A DNA stretch of 64,000 nt from sequence record ON286972, one strand, 5' to 3'. Shown one piece after another: positions 20,277 to 29,713 of the stretch. The notes under the pieces are model-generated. The model worked only from the letters and a program-made list of their open reading frames with translations. It searched no databases and was not told the origin of the DNA. Both the position numbers and the translations under genes were made by a program. Every line of letters starts with the position of its first letter. The stretch's first letter is position 1. This DNA is from Escherichia phage A4.

Positions 20277-20286
20277 TCCGTATAAT
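20258..20286 (+). promoter_or_regulatory. sigma70-type promoter (TTGACA-17-TATAAT) overlapping terminator hairpin
   Basis: TTGACA 20258-20263, 17-bp spacer, TATAAT 20281-20286. Confidence 0.5.
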
Positions 20287-20308
20287 GCTAAAAAACTAGG
20301 AGGAAACT

Positions 20309-20869
20309 ATGGTACAATCACGTTTTAGACCACCGCTGTCACCAGCACAGTTACAACGTTTAAAAGAAAAAGAGCAGCACTTTCAGAATACCCTAGTAGT
20401 TCGTTTGCTATGCAAAAGTGTAACTCTTAAAGATTTTGTGAAAACCGATAATGATCGTAAATCACTTATCGAACTTAAGTACAAGTTAAGTAAGCATAAA
20501 CTATATGGATTACTGGCAGAATACACCCAAAATCCATTCAGTGATCGTTGGTCTATGGTTCAAAAAAAACTGTGGGGTGGTGATGAAGAATTCATACTAC
20601 GCGATTTAAAAAATGCAATCATGTTTAAGGTTGAGTATACACCAGCAGGGATTGAACACAGAACCGAAGAAACTATCATTCAATCAAGAGATTTGTCATG
20701 TGTTGTTTCTTCAAACTTCGGTGTTCATTATGATATGCTTGATGATGATGAGTTAATGATTCTGTTCCATGTCATTATTGGTGCTGAAGATATTAAAGAA
20801 AAGTTATCACAAATTGAAGAAGAACAGCGTAAATTCAAAATCCAAAAGAGAATAACTGATTTATATTAA
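20309..20869 (+). CDS. hypothetical protein, paralog family member 1
   Basis: shares K[ST]D[NE]DR[KR]..L..K..LS[KS]H motif and C-terminal L.LFH with next two genes. Confidence 0.5.
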   Translation: MVQSRFRPPLSPAQLQRLKEKEQHFQNTLVVRLLCKSVTLKDFVKTDNDRKSLIELKYKLSKHKLYGLLAEYTQNPFSDRWSMVQKKLWGGDEEFILRDLKNAIMFKVEYTPAGIEHRTEETIIQSRDLSCVVSSNFGVHYDMLDDDELMILFHVIIGAEDIKEKLSQIEEEQRKFKIQKRITDLY

Positions 20870-20878
20870 GAGGTTACT

Positions 20879-21379
20879 ATGTTTTTCAAAAAGAAAAATA
20901 ATGATCACAAAAGAGAAAATGTAGAGTGGTGTACATTAATTCTTCCAGTACTGATGAAAAGCTATTCTTTAAAAGAAATTATCCGTACTGATGAAGATCG
21001 TAGAACTATACTTAAAATTAAAGAAATGTTAAGTTCTCATTCTCTAATGAAACTAATCACAGACCTAGTTAAAGAACCATACGGTGAACGTTGGTTATAT
21101 GAACCAGTATTCATATATGGTAATCATATCAACCGTGTAAAATTGTTTGATACCGAAACTAAGGTTGATTTTAATGCAGTAACATATTCATCTAAAGATT
21201 ATGATGAAAAACATACATTTGTTTATATTAACGGAGATGCGAATATTCTACCTAAACATGAACAAATGTTTTTGTTTCATTTACTCGTTGCACTTCGTGA
21301 GCTTGAAACAAAGTACAAGAAGTTAGAATACGAGCAGCATAAACTTAATGAATTTAATAAATTAAAAGGATTATACTAA
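20879..21379 (+). CDS. hypothetical protein, paralog family member 2
   Basis: RTDEDRRTILKIKEMLSSH motif; tandem to paralogs. Confidence 0.5.
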   Translation: MFFKKKNNDHKRENVEWCTLILPVLMKSYSLKEIIRTDEDRRTILKIKEMLSSHSLMKLITDLVKEPYGERWLYEPVFIYGNHINRVKLFDTETKVDFNAVTYSSKDYDEKHTFVYINGDANILPKHEQMFLFHLLVALRELETKYKKLEYEQHKLNEFNKLKGLY

Positions 21380-21882
21380 TGTTCTTCGGTAAACATAAAG
21401 TAAAAGATGATGGTATTCTTCAGTACTTAGTTGCGTTGATTTTAAACAAAAGTACTTTATTAGTACCTAATATTAAATCAGACAAAGATCGCAGAGAAAT
21501 TATTCAAAACAAATATCTTCTTTCAAAATGTGATCCTGTTATCTATGCATTTTGTAAGTACTGTTCAAAAAACTTGTTCAGTATTCATGTAGATTTTGAA
21601 AGACACGAGAGTAGAACAGATTCTAGGATCAACGTGTATATAATTAATGATTTAAATCGAGGGAATCGAGGGTTCATGTTCTGGATGGACGGACGTGATA
21701 TACGTGTGCGTATTAAAATGTCGGTTGGGTGGAAGGATTTTTCAACTTCTGTATCTGATTATCTTGTACTTCACGCACTATATAACAGTATTACTAACGT
21801 GAAAGATATCGACAAGAAAATTCAGGAACAAAAAGAACTGGATGATGCAAAGAACGAATACTTACAATATTACAGGAGTTAA
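21379..21882 (+). CDS. hypothetical protein, paralog family member 3
   Basis: KSDKDRREIIQNKYLLSKC motif; tandem to paralogs. Confidence 0.5.
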   Translation: MFFGKHKVKDDGILQYLVALILNKSTLLVPNIKSDKDRREIIQNKYLLSKCDPVIYAFCKYCSKNLFSIHVDFERHESRTDSRINVYIINDLNRGNRGFMFWMDGRDIRVRIKMSVGWKDFSTSVSDYLVLHALYNSITNVKDIDKKIQEQKELDDAKNEYLQYYRS

Positions 21883-21885
21883 TAT

Positions 21886-22287
21886 ATGGATCTTGATGAT
21901 GTGTATAGCACCATAAGACAGATGGATTCGTATAAAAAAGTATATAGTGGTTACAAGAGTGATAAACAATTTTATGGAATCGGGGAGTATGATGTAATAT
22001 CATTCGAATACGATGATACTGGTGAAAGTTCCATTAATATTGTTTGCCCTCGTGACCGTGAAAATAACTTCATGTACGTTGAAATCAATAATGATGGTTT
22101 ACACTTTACTAAAATATTAAATGGTGGCAAACAATCTATTTCTCTGGATTTATCCGAAGAAGAAAAGTTCTTTCAAGAAGATACTATAATCAATCTTGGT
22201 TTTAGTTTATCAGAATACAAAGTTCTTCATAAAGATTTCATGAAGTACTATAATGGGTTTCTTAAGGAGCTAACATTACATCTATGA
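21886..22287 (+). CDS. hypothetical protein
   Basis: 133-aa ORF. Confidence 0.45.
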   Translation: MDLDDVYSTIRQMDSYKKVYSGYKSDKQFYGIGEYDVISFEYDDTGESSINIVCPRDRENNFMYVEINNDGLHFTKILNGGKQSISLDLSEEEKFFQEDTIINLGFSLSEYKVLHKDFMKYYNGFLKELTLHL

Positions 22288-23525
22288 ATAATAACAAATT
22301 TCTTGAACAAACAATTGTGAAGCACTTAGCAGGTTCACAAGCGTATGGAACCAGTACACCTGAAAGTGATACGGATTATCGTGGTATTTTTCTTGCTAAC
22401 AAAGAATTCATCCTTACGCCTTTTTATAATGTAAAGGAAGTTTCTGATTCAAGAGAAGAAGATACTAAATTCTATGAACTAAACCAGTACTTAAGACTAT
22501 ACACAGAGGCTAACCCAAATATCCTTGAATCACTATGGGTCGATCCTGAACACATCGTAGAAAGTACTGAGATCTATGATTATCTACGCACTTTCAATCA
22601 ACAATTGCTTAGCTCAAAGATTGCACACTCTTATACTGGTTATGCCTATAATCAGGTTAAGCGTATGTCTAATCACCACGGGTGGATGGATAAAGAGCGT
22701 ATTGCTGAAAAACGTCTAAATGAAATCTTAGAAGATTTTCCAGTAGATGAAACTTTAGCATGGATGTATGAAAACTTCCCACACTATTTGGTAGAACGTT
22801 TAGATACTTCTAAACTACATCCATTTAATGCTAAGAAAATAGATTTTGAAAAATACATGCGTGATACTTCATTGCAGTTAGTTTCAACTAATCCGTTGAA
22901 ACAGTATCATTTTGTACGTTTAGTACATAATTACAGTACTGATAAAGTACTAGACCGTGATTTCAACTTATTGGATTATAACAATGGGTACGAATTAATT
23001 CATTACGGTGAAAATATCTTTGGTGTTATTATCAATCCTAATGAAAGTACAGTTAACGCGGATGGTTCTTTACGTTATTTCAACAAAGAACGCAGTACTG
23101 AAGAATTGAAAGTACGACCTGAACTCATTGTTAAATTCAATGAAAAAGAATACAGTGAGAACAGTGAGAACCGTAAAAGTTATCACAAATGGAAAGAGAA
23201 TCGTAATGCTAAACGTGCAATTCTTGAATCCAAACACGGCTACGATTGCAAACATGCTATGCATACGATCAGACTTTTGAATACAGCCGAAGAAGCATTA
23301 CAAAGCGGTATTATTCTGGTGAAACGTCCTGATGCTGATATGCTAATGGATATTCGCAACGGTAAGTGGAAATATGAAGAAGTCATGGAGTACTTTAACG
23401 ATAAGGTAAAATATATTCGTGAAGTACTTTATCCTAAGTCAGTACTCCCGAAGAAACCAGATATTGCATTAGCTGCGAAAGTACTGTTAGATATTCGCGA
23501 AATGCAGTGGTACGGTAAGAAATAG
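22284..23525 (+). CDS. Pol-beta-superfamily nucleotidyltransferase-domain protein
   Basis: N-terminal GSQAYGTSTPESDTDYRG fits GS-x(9-13)-DxD nucleotidyltransferase signature; 413 aa. Confidence 0.45.
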   Translation: MNNNKFLEQTIVKHLAGSQAYGTSTPESDTDYRGIFLANKEFILTPFYNVKEVSDSREEDTKFYELNQYLRLYTEANPNILESLWVDPEHIVESTEIYDYLRTFNQQLLSSKIAHSYTGYAYNQVKRMSNHHGWMDKERIAEKRLNEILEDFPVDETLAWMYENFPHYLVERLDTSKLHPFNAKKIDFEKYMRDTSLQLVSTNPLKQYHFVRLVHNYSTDKVLDRDFNLLDYNNGYELIHYGENIFGVIINPNESTVNADGSLRYFNKERSTEELKVRPELIVKFNEKEYSENSENRKSYHKWKENRNAKRAILESKHGYDCKHAMHTIRLLNTAEEALQSGIILVKRPDADMLMDIRNGKWKYEEVMEYFNDKVKYIREVLYPKSVLPKKPDIALAAKVLLDIREMQWYGKK

Positions 23526-23609
23526 TATTATTGAATATTGGTCTAAATGGGTCTAAAAAATCCACTTAGACCAATAAATACCCAATAATAACTAATTTAA
23601 GGATGGATT

Positions 23610-24239
23610 ATGGCTATTTCCTTTTACACCACAATGGAAGTTACTGGTGTTGTTAAATTCTCGAAAGCTGAATTTAAAAAACCAATATTAACATTTGATA
23701 CATCGTCTTTTAATATTATCAGAACACACGAAATTTCTGGTGCAGATAATCATTTAAGTAATTCAGTGATTACAACACTAGGAACAGATAGCAACCAATC
23801 GTTACAGATTGCTGCGTGGGCTGGGATGACAGAGACTAATAACGGTGTTAAAATACAAGCACGCACAACAAATGACACAAACAGTACTGAATGGGTTACA
23901 TTATATGATAGCTCCAACAGTACTGTGACAGTATTACCACAAGCTGATAGTTACGATATAGATACCAGTACTGGTAATAAAGTTTTTAATTTAACTCTAA
24001 ACAAACCAAACACTACAATTAATATCCTTCCTAATGCTAAAACTCAAGTATATGATTGCACTGTTATCATAGAACAAGGCACAGGTTCAAATCTTGTAAG
24101 CTGGAGTTCTAATGTGAAATGGTCATTCAATCGTCAAGTTCTTCTTTCATATGAACAATCCCAAAAAGATATAATTTCCCTAGAAACCTATGATGGTGGT
24201 ATTACATGGTACGGTGCTCTTATTCGAGCAGGGGTATAA
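23610..24239 (+). CDS. hypothetical protein (Ser/Thr/Asn-rich, possibly virion-associated)
   Basis: 209-aa ORF, composition like fibre proteins. Confidence 0.4.
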   Translation: MAISFYTTMEVTGVVKFSKAEFKKPILTFDTSSFNIIRTHEISGADNHLSNSVITTLGTDSNQSLQIAAWAGMTETNNGVKIQARTTNDTNSTEWVTLYDSSNSTVTVLPQADSYDIDTSTGNKVFNLTLNKPNTTINILPNAKTQVYDCTVIIEQGTGSNLVSWSSNVKWSFNRQVLLSYEQSQKDIISLETYDGGITWYGALIRAGV

Positions 24240-24240
24240 A

Positions 24241-27024
24241 ATGACAAAATATAACATAGATAACGTTATACAATTACTTTATGGTCATCATAGATTTTTA
24301 GAAAGAAATACAGGTGATACAGTAGATCCAACAAAACAGCATTACGTAATAAACGATCAAGGTGTATTAGCAAATAACCGTCATTTTATTAATTTCAGTG
24401 CAATGGAAGGTCAACCAAATGGTGACGGGACAACTGAGGGTCAAAGTCTTTTGATCATTGGTTATATCTATGCTTATCTTGCAACTAATGATGAAATGTT
24501 TTTGGATAAAGCTAAGTATTATTGGGACGCATATCACAAATATTTTTATGCTAATAGACAGTTTCCAGATCCACCACGTCCATTACAATGTAACTGGATT
24601 GTGAATGCTAAAGAACCAATACTCGCCAACTGGCCTTTGTCAGATGATGATTGGCCTACTCACGGTGGATTCAAAGGCGTAGAATTTAATTTCATAGATG
24701 GTCAATGTCGTATTCCACATGATGAGCCGTATTATGGACAATTCCTTGATAAAGTTACTTTTGCATTCAAAGGTGCACTTGCATGGAATCAGATTAACGC
24801 GTCAGTACAGGCAATATTACCAGATGGTAGTACTGACTGGGATAACCCTGGTGAACAATATGATGTTGATTGGGTAATTGATTACTTAGGACGTAAAGTA
24901 GATTATAATGGGGATATTATCAGTACTGGACACTATGAGTCAGAAAAAGGAACAGTACAGGTAAAAGACAGAACATTAAATGGTGTTTATAAATTAAACT
25001 TCGCTAATAGACAACCTGTTGAATTTGGTGGTACGTACATCGCACGTAATCAGATGCAACACAACCGTCCATTACATGTTCCTATTACTCTTGACTTTGC
25101 TGATAACGCATCTGATGCTGAATTATGGTTCAGTGATGCTTCTTACTTGTTATATAAAATAACAAAGGAAAGAAAACATTATCTTGGATGGAAATGTTCT
25201 TTACTTACTTGTTATGCATATGGTGACATTGATGCATTTGATAAATTCTTCAGACAAAGTACTAAAGTATCTTCGCCATTTACTGATGGTATTTCATATG
25301 ATTATTTTTATCCAAGTGATGCGATTGCTACATATTCCCGCAACGTTGATGGTTATATCAGAATACGTCAGGAACAAAGTGCACAAAGTACTCTTGAACA
25401 GCAAGCAATATGGTTCAGACTAAATTCTGATTCGAAATTGGTTGTTGATTATGGTGGAATATGTGATGATGGTTCTCCATTAACATTTAAGCCAGTACTT
25501 GACTTATCAAAAACAAAAAGTGATAATGATGCTATAAGATACCGTTGTGGTTTACCACTGAGTACCAGTACTGAAATTAAACACTCTGAAACTCCATTAA
25601 GTGTTTTTGTCCGTGAGAAGAAAGATGATGGTAGCTCTTATATTATGGCTGACAGCCGTTCAGTTGTTGATTATGGGGGAGCCGTATATAAAATGGAATA
25701 TAGTACTGATATTCTTGGTTCCAGAGTTGATACTATATGCGATATCAGTACTGGTGAAGACGGTGGTATAGTTGTAGGATTTTGGTTATTAGATTCAGAA
25801 AAAGCACCTATTAATTCTTTTACATATCGTTCATATGAAGATGATTTTAATATCAGAATCGAAGATGATAATGGATGGCGTTGGTGGTGGATGATTCCTG
25901 CAACACATGGTGAATGGACCACAATAGAATTGAAACCAGAGGATTTACATCTTTCTGGATATCAGCCAAATCACAGCGATGATCCTGACCCAGAAGCCCC
26001 AGTATATAGTGAATTGGAAGATTTCACTCTATTACCCGATACAACACCAATCAATGGAACTGCTAAAATCCAATGGTATTGTATAAATGATATTCCACCA
26101 CTATATACATCCGAAAATGGCGATGACTATACAATGACATTCTCTATTACTGTTTCTGGAACAGCAGCATATTCGGCGTATTTGGGGGATTGTGTAATTA
26201 AAGATTATGAATTAAATTCGTTACGTTACACTCCTGGTACTATTCCATTTTCAAATATTACTGATCCATATGCAAATCAGTACGGTGGGTGGCGTGGACT
26301 ACCATATCCTGGATACCAATACCCAGTAATTTACTGCTTTAAAGACGAACCAGTAGACCATACAAGAATGGGTAATATGTTGGATTTTATGAAAGATTCA
26401 CAAGAATGGTTTACAAACCAATTCGGTACAGTTGGTCCTTGTGCACAGGCATATGTATGGAACCGCTGGGACAACCTCAAATATGGTGAACCTGATACGT
26501 TTACAATGTTACACTGGGGTGATGAAGCATGGAGTGGATATGAACCACGTGCATTCTTTGGTGCGGCTCGTTGCTGGCAAGAATTAGCAGAGCGTGGTGA
26601 AGAACCACCAGTTGAATTGGTTGAGTTCTGTGAGAACTGGATTAACTTTTTAATTCAATTCCAGGATGAAAATGAAGGTCGTTCACCAACAATCTTTAAT
26701 AAAGATGGAACAGTTGAAGGCCCAGCATGGGATTTCACAGGACATATGTGTGGATTGTGGTTGGCAGGTGGTAGTGCATGTGGCTTAGCTGGGTGCAAGA
26801 TTGAACGCTTACCAGAAATGGTTGACAGATTGGTTGATGAATTGCAAAATAACTATGTAATAACAAAACCAGGTTCACCGATGAACGGCTCATGGAGTCC
26901 AGCAGTTCGAGAAGATTCAGACAATGGGATGTTCTTTGGATTTTGGGCTGGTGAAATCATGCGTGGTCTTGGTTTGTACTCAATGTACAGACTGAACTCA
27001 CACAATCGTTATAGTGAATTATAA
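24241..27024 (+). CDS. large hypothetical protein (927 aa), Trp/Tyr/Asp-rich
   Basis: start set at ATG 24241 (MTKYNIDN) rather than overlapping track start 24190. Confidence 0.45.
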   Translation: MTKYNIDNVIQLLYGHHRFLERNTGDTVDPTKQHYVINDQGVLANNRHFINFSAMEGQPNGDGTTEGQSLLIIGYIYAYLATNDEMFLDKAKYYWDAYHKYFYANRQFPDPPRPLQCNWIVNAKEPILANWPLSDDDWPTHGGFKGVEFNFIDGQCRIPHDEPYYGQFLDKVTFAFKGALAWNQINASVQAILPDGSTDWDNPGEQYDVDWVIDYLGRKVDYNGDIISTGHYESEKGTVQVKDRTLNGVYKLNFANRQPVEFGGTYIARNQMQHNRPLHVPITLDFADNASDAELWFSDASYLLYKITKERKHYLGWKCSLLTCYAYGDIDAFDKFFRQSTKVSSPFTDGISYDYFYPSDAIATYSRNVDGYIRIRQEQSAQSTLEQQAIWFRLNSDSKLVVDYGGICDDGSPLTFKPVLDLSKTKSDNDAIRYRCGLPLSTSTEIKHSETPLSVFVREKKDDGSSYIMADSRSVVDYGGAVYKMEYSTDILGSRVDTICDISTGEDGGIVVGFWLLDSEKAPINSFTYRSYEDDFNIRIEDDNGWRWWWMIPATHGEWTTIELKPEDLHLSGYQPNHSDDPDPEAPVYSELEDFTLLPDTTPINGTAKIQWYCINDIPPLYTSENGDDYTMTFSITVSGTAAYSAYLGDCVIKDYELNSLRYTPGTIPFSNITDPYANQYGGWRGLPYPGYQYPVIYCFKDEPVDHTRMGNMLDFMKDSQEWFTNQFGTVGPCAQAYVWNRWDNLKYGEPDTFTMLHWGDEAWSGYEPRAFFGAARCWQELAERGEEPPVELVEFCENWINFLIQFQDENEGRSPTIFNKDGTVEGPAWDFTGHMCGLWLAGGSACGLAGCKIERLPEMVDRLVDELQNNYVITKPGSPMNGSWSPAVREDSDNGMFFGFWAGEIMRGLGLYSMYRLNSHNRYSEL

Positions 27025-27055
27025 GTTGACAACCAACAAACAGTGATATAAACTA

Positions 27056-27087
27056 AGAGAACTTCATGAGAGGTTCTCTTTTTTTTA
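27056..27087 (+). terminator. hairpin + T8 run (terminator or 5' leader structure)
   Basis: AGAGAAC..GTTCTCT stem then TTTTTTTT; a TTGACA-15-TGaTATAAA promoter-like site lies just upstream (27026-27052). Confidence 0.4.
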
Positions 27088-27099
27088 TAAGGTGAAAAA

Positions 27100-27525
27100 A
27101 TGCTAAACGAACAAATCAAAGACGCACTACGTGTACTGAATCGCGAAGTTAGCCGTATCCATAAAAGTACTGATCGTTATAAAGTAATGCATGAAATTAA
27201 ACTAGAATTAGAAGCTATCAATAAGGGTGAATGGTTCCTTGAACCAGAATACCGTACACGTGAACCATCTGACGTTGAAAAAGCAATTGCAAAATTCATT
27301 TCTGGTCGTTATAGTGATGTATCAGAGAAAGATGTACTGATGAATTTACATTTAACCTCCTTAGAAATTGAAGAAAAATTCAAATTTGATTCACTGGACT
27401 GGGTAGAAATGATCATGGAACTTGAAGATGAATTTAAGGTTGAGATCGAAGATAAGTATGAATCAGGTGATACCAGAATCGTACATCTCGTAGCACATGT
27501 ACAAACAATGATCGATAAACGATAA
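27100..27525 (+). CDS. acyl carrier protein-like protein with N-terminal extension
   Basis: FDSLDWVEMIMELEDEFKVEIED closely parallels ACP [23 protein letters not shown] incl. phosphopantetheine Ser. Confidence 0.5.
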   Translation: MLNEQIKDALRVLNREVSRIHKSTDRYKVMHEIKLELEAINKGEWFLEPEYRTREPSDVEKAIAKFISGRYSDVSEKDVLMNLHLTSLEIEEKFKFDSLDWVEMIMELEDEFKVEIEDKYESGDTRIVHLVAHVQTMIDKR

Positions 27526-27570
27526 TTTTCAGCACTCTAAATAATATCATCATCTATAGGAGATATTATT

Positions 27571-27945
27571 ATGAGTGTACTAGATATTATTGTTTCAAAA
27601 GTACTGATACCGTTCTGGAAACCAATTGCGTTTGTTCTCCTGATGGCATCATGTACTTTTGGAGGCTGGAAGGCTAATACTTTTTATACTGGGTATAAAG
27701 AAAGTATTGAATTAAAAATAGAGAAGAAAGTAGATGCGGCTTTAAGTAAAATTGAAAGCCAAAATACCAAAAACTATGTAGAAACTAAACAGATAATGCA
27801 AAATAATGCAAAGGTAATAGAAACTAAAGTACCAGTTATTATTGAGCGTGAAGTGTATAGAAATGTATGTTTAGATGAAGAAGGGGTAAAACTTTTGAAT
27901 GATCTAAAACAAAATTCACTTGCAGCTAGAGAGAAATTTAAATGA
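27571..27945 (+). CDS. putative i-spanin (Rz-like)
   Basis: N-terminal TM segment, predicted coiled-coil remainder; overlaps downstream lipoprotein gene. Confidence 0.4.
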   Translation: MSVLDIIVSKVLIPFWKPIAFVLLMASCTFGGWKANTFYTGYKESIELKIEKKVDAALSKIESQNTKNYVETKQIMQNNAKVIETKVPVIIEREVYRNVCLDEEGVKLLNDLKQNSLAAREKFK

Positions 27946-28256
27946 AATACATATTAACATTCTTGATTACTTTTATGTTTATCACTGGGTGTTCTAATAA
28001 GGTTCCAGTTCAAGCGTCACCAATAATCACCCAGGAAATATTATTAGAACGATGCGAAGAAGATACACCAATTCCTAAAAAAATTGTTGTTGACTCACAT
28101 GGTAATAGAGGATATGCTGGTGATGAAATTCTTAACGTTCTGACGCGTTGGGATTCCATGTACAATGATTGTGCACTGAGATATGATGCACTAATTGATA
28201 CAATTCGCAAACTCCAAGACCAAAATATTCGTGTTAACATAAAAGTTAAGGAATAG
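27942..28256 (+). CDS. putative o-spanin (Rz1-like outer-membrane lipoprotein)
   Basis: signal peptide with lipobox ITGC; start overlaps upstream TM gene. Confidence 0.45.
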   Translation: MKYILTFLITFMFITGCSNKVPVQASPIITQEILLERCEEDTPIPKKIVVDSHGNRGYAGDEILNVLTRWDSMYNDCALRYDALIDTIRKLQDQNIRVNIKVKE

Positions 28257-28257
28257 T

Positions 28258-28869
28258 ATGTCTAAATATCATGTTTATTATGTAACCAAATTGAGTTTAC
28301 TAGATGAACTCAATCATACTAGTACCAAAATGAAACGTTATACTTATAATGGTATTACTTTCAGATACTTTCCACAAAAAGTACTAACATTCGTTAAGAA
28401 TTGTAAGTGCATTGCTTGTGGCATCGAGGCTACAGAAGTTCGAATCGAACGTTCCAACTGTAGTGATCCGGTATATGGTAAACCGCATTTAAATGTGTAT
28501 GCAGTATGTGGTCTTTATGAAGTTATGATGACTGTAGATCATAATCATCTTGCATCTAAAGGTGGTGCTGATTTGGAGTCAAACTTTAATACAATGTGTG
28601 CGAGATGTAATCAGTTGCGTTCAAATAAAACTGAAACGGTTGATGAATTCCTTGAGAAAGTCAAAAACCGAAATCTACTTGAAGAACATATGAATCGTTA
28701 TTTCAATAAGATTGAGAAGGAAAGTAAACGTCCTACACCAGAAATGCTCGAAGAACGTAGATTGCGTCAAGAGCTATGGGATAACGATCATCTGTGGCAT
28801 GTTCGTGAGTACGGGCGACACATGAAAGCATTAAAAAAGGCACAAAAGCTGTTGGATAAACATGAGTAA
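28258..28869 (+). CDS. HNH endonuclease
   Basis: VDHNHLASKGGADLESNFNTMCARCNQLRSNK (HNH core) plus upstream CxxC. Confidence 0.6.
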   Translation: MSKYHVYYVTKLSLLDELNHTSTKMKRYTYNGITFRYFPQKVLTFVKNCKCIACGIEATEVRIERSNCSDPVYGKPHLNVYAVCGLYEVMMTVDHNHLASKGGADLESNFNTMCARCNQLRSNKTETVDEFLEKVKNRNLLEEHMNRYFNKIEKESKRPTPEMLEERRLRQELWDNDHLWHVREYGRHMKALKKAQKLLDKHE

Positions 28870-28882
28870 TATGTTATAATAG

Positions 28883-28908
28883 GGACTTGAGAAATCAAGT
28901 CCTTTTTT
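28883..28908 (+). terminator. rho-independent terminator
   Basis: GGACTTGA-GAAA-TCAAGTCC then TTTTTT. Confidence 0.55.
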
Positions 28909-28922
28909 AATGGAGAAAATAA

Positions 28923-29279
28923 ATGAAATCAAAAATCTTTTTACCACAGTTAATGTGGCATCTTGCAGAGTTAGATGAAGATGATGTGTATACAGACTAT
29001 GGTGCATGGGATGACAGTACTGAAACCGTTGGTCCAGATGTGCAGTACAAAATCATTTGCAATGAAAGTAAAGGGCATAGACGATTTACTGAAGAATTTG
29101 ATCTTGTTTTTCTTGACATAAACGAGAACAAGTATTATCATTGTACGTATGAACGAGGTTTAACAGAATATCGACCACAACGACCATTCGAGTATGAAAC
29201 GGATGGTGTTAAGTGCAATGAAGTTTCTGTTACCAGAGAAGAAATTATCACTTATAGAACTTTGTGGAAATATGTGTAA
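28923..29279 (+). CDS. hypothetical protein
   Basis: 118-aa ORF. Confidence 0.45.
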   Translation: MKSKIFLPQLMWHLAELDEDDVYTDYGAWDDSTETVGPDVQYKIICNESKGHRRFTEEFDLVFLDINENKYYHCTYERGLTEYRPQRPFEYETDGVKCNEVSVTREEIITYRTLWKYV

Positions 29280-29677
29280 TGCTTAAAGATTTAGATTTTT
29301 CAAACTTAGAAATTGTTAGTGCTGTGAAAAATATCTCTGACATGGGAGACGAAAAGACAGTACTGTTAACTATTACATTTGTCAAAGAAGAAGATAGTTA
29401 TTTACATCTTACAGGTATTGAAGAACTAATTCATAAAACTAATCTACAAGATAATAGGAAGTATATTAAGCTTCAGGCTTCCTATACGAAAAAAACGTCA
29501 AATTTTGTAGACCTAAATAGTGTAGTCAAGGTGGTATTCAATCACCCTGAACAAAAGTACAGAAATGTGTCACGCAATGAGACAGATGCCAGTACTCTAC
29601 AGCTTCTTCAGGATATTGAGTTCATTGAAACAGTATTTGAACGAAGCAGCAAAGAATTGAAAAAAGTTTATATGTAA
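29279..29677 (+). CDS. hypothetical protein
   Basis: start ambiguous (track 29264; ATG 29279 overlaps previous stop). Confidence 0.4.
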   Translation: MLKDLDFSNLEIVSAVKNISDMGDEKTVLLTITFVKEEDSYLHLTGIEELIHKTNLQDNRKYIKLQASYTKKTSNFVDLNSVVKVVFNHPEQKYRNVSRNETDASTLQLLQDIEFIETVFERSSKELKKVYM

Positions 29678-29679
29678 TT

Positions 29680-29707
29680 GGGACAATACTTTATATTGTG
29701 CTATAAT
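29680..29707 (+). promoter_or_regulatory. promoter (GGGACA-16-TGcTATAAT, extended -10)
   Basis: same AATTGGGACAA..TGnTATAAT architecture as promoter at 60668-60695. Confidence 0.45.
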
Positions 29708-29713
29708 TATATT

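Noticed and set aside
28852-28880. TTGGAT-17-TATAAT promoter-like site directly before the terminator hairpin at 28883
   Set aside because: Transcription would start inside the terminator stem; cannot tell whether this is a real promoter or a chance match in AT-rich DNA.
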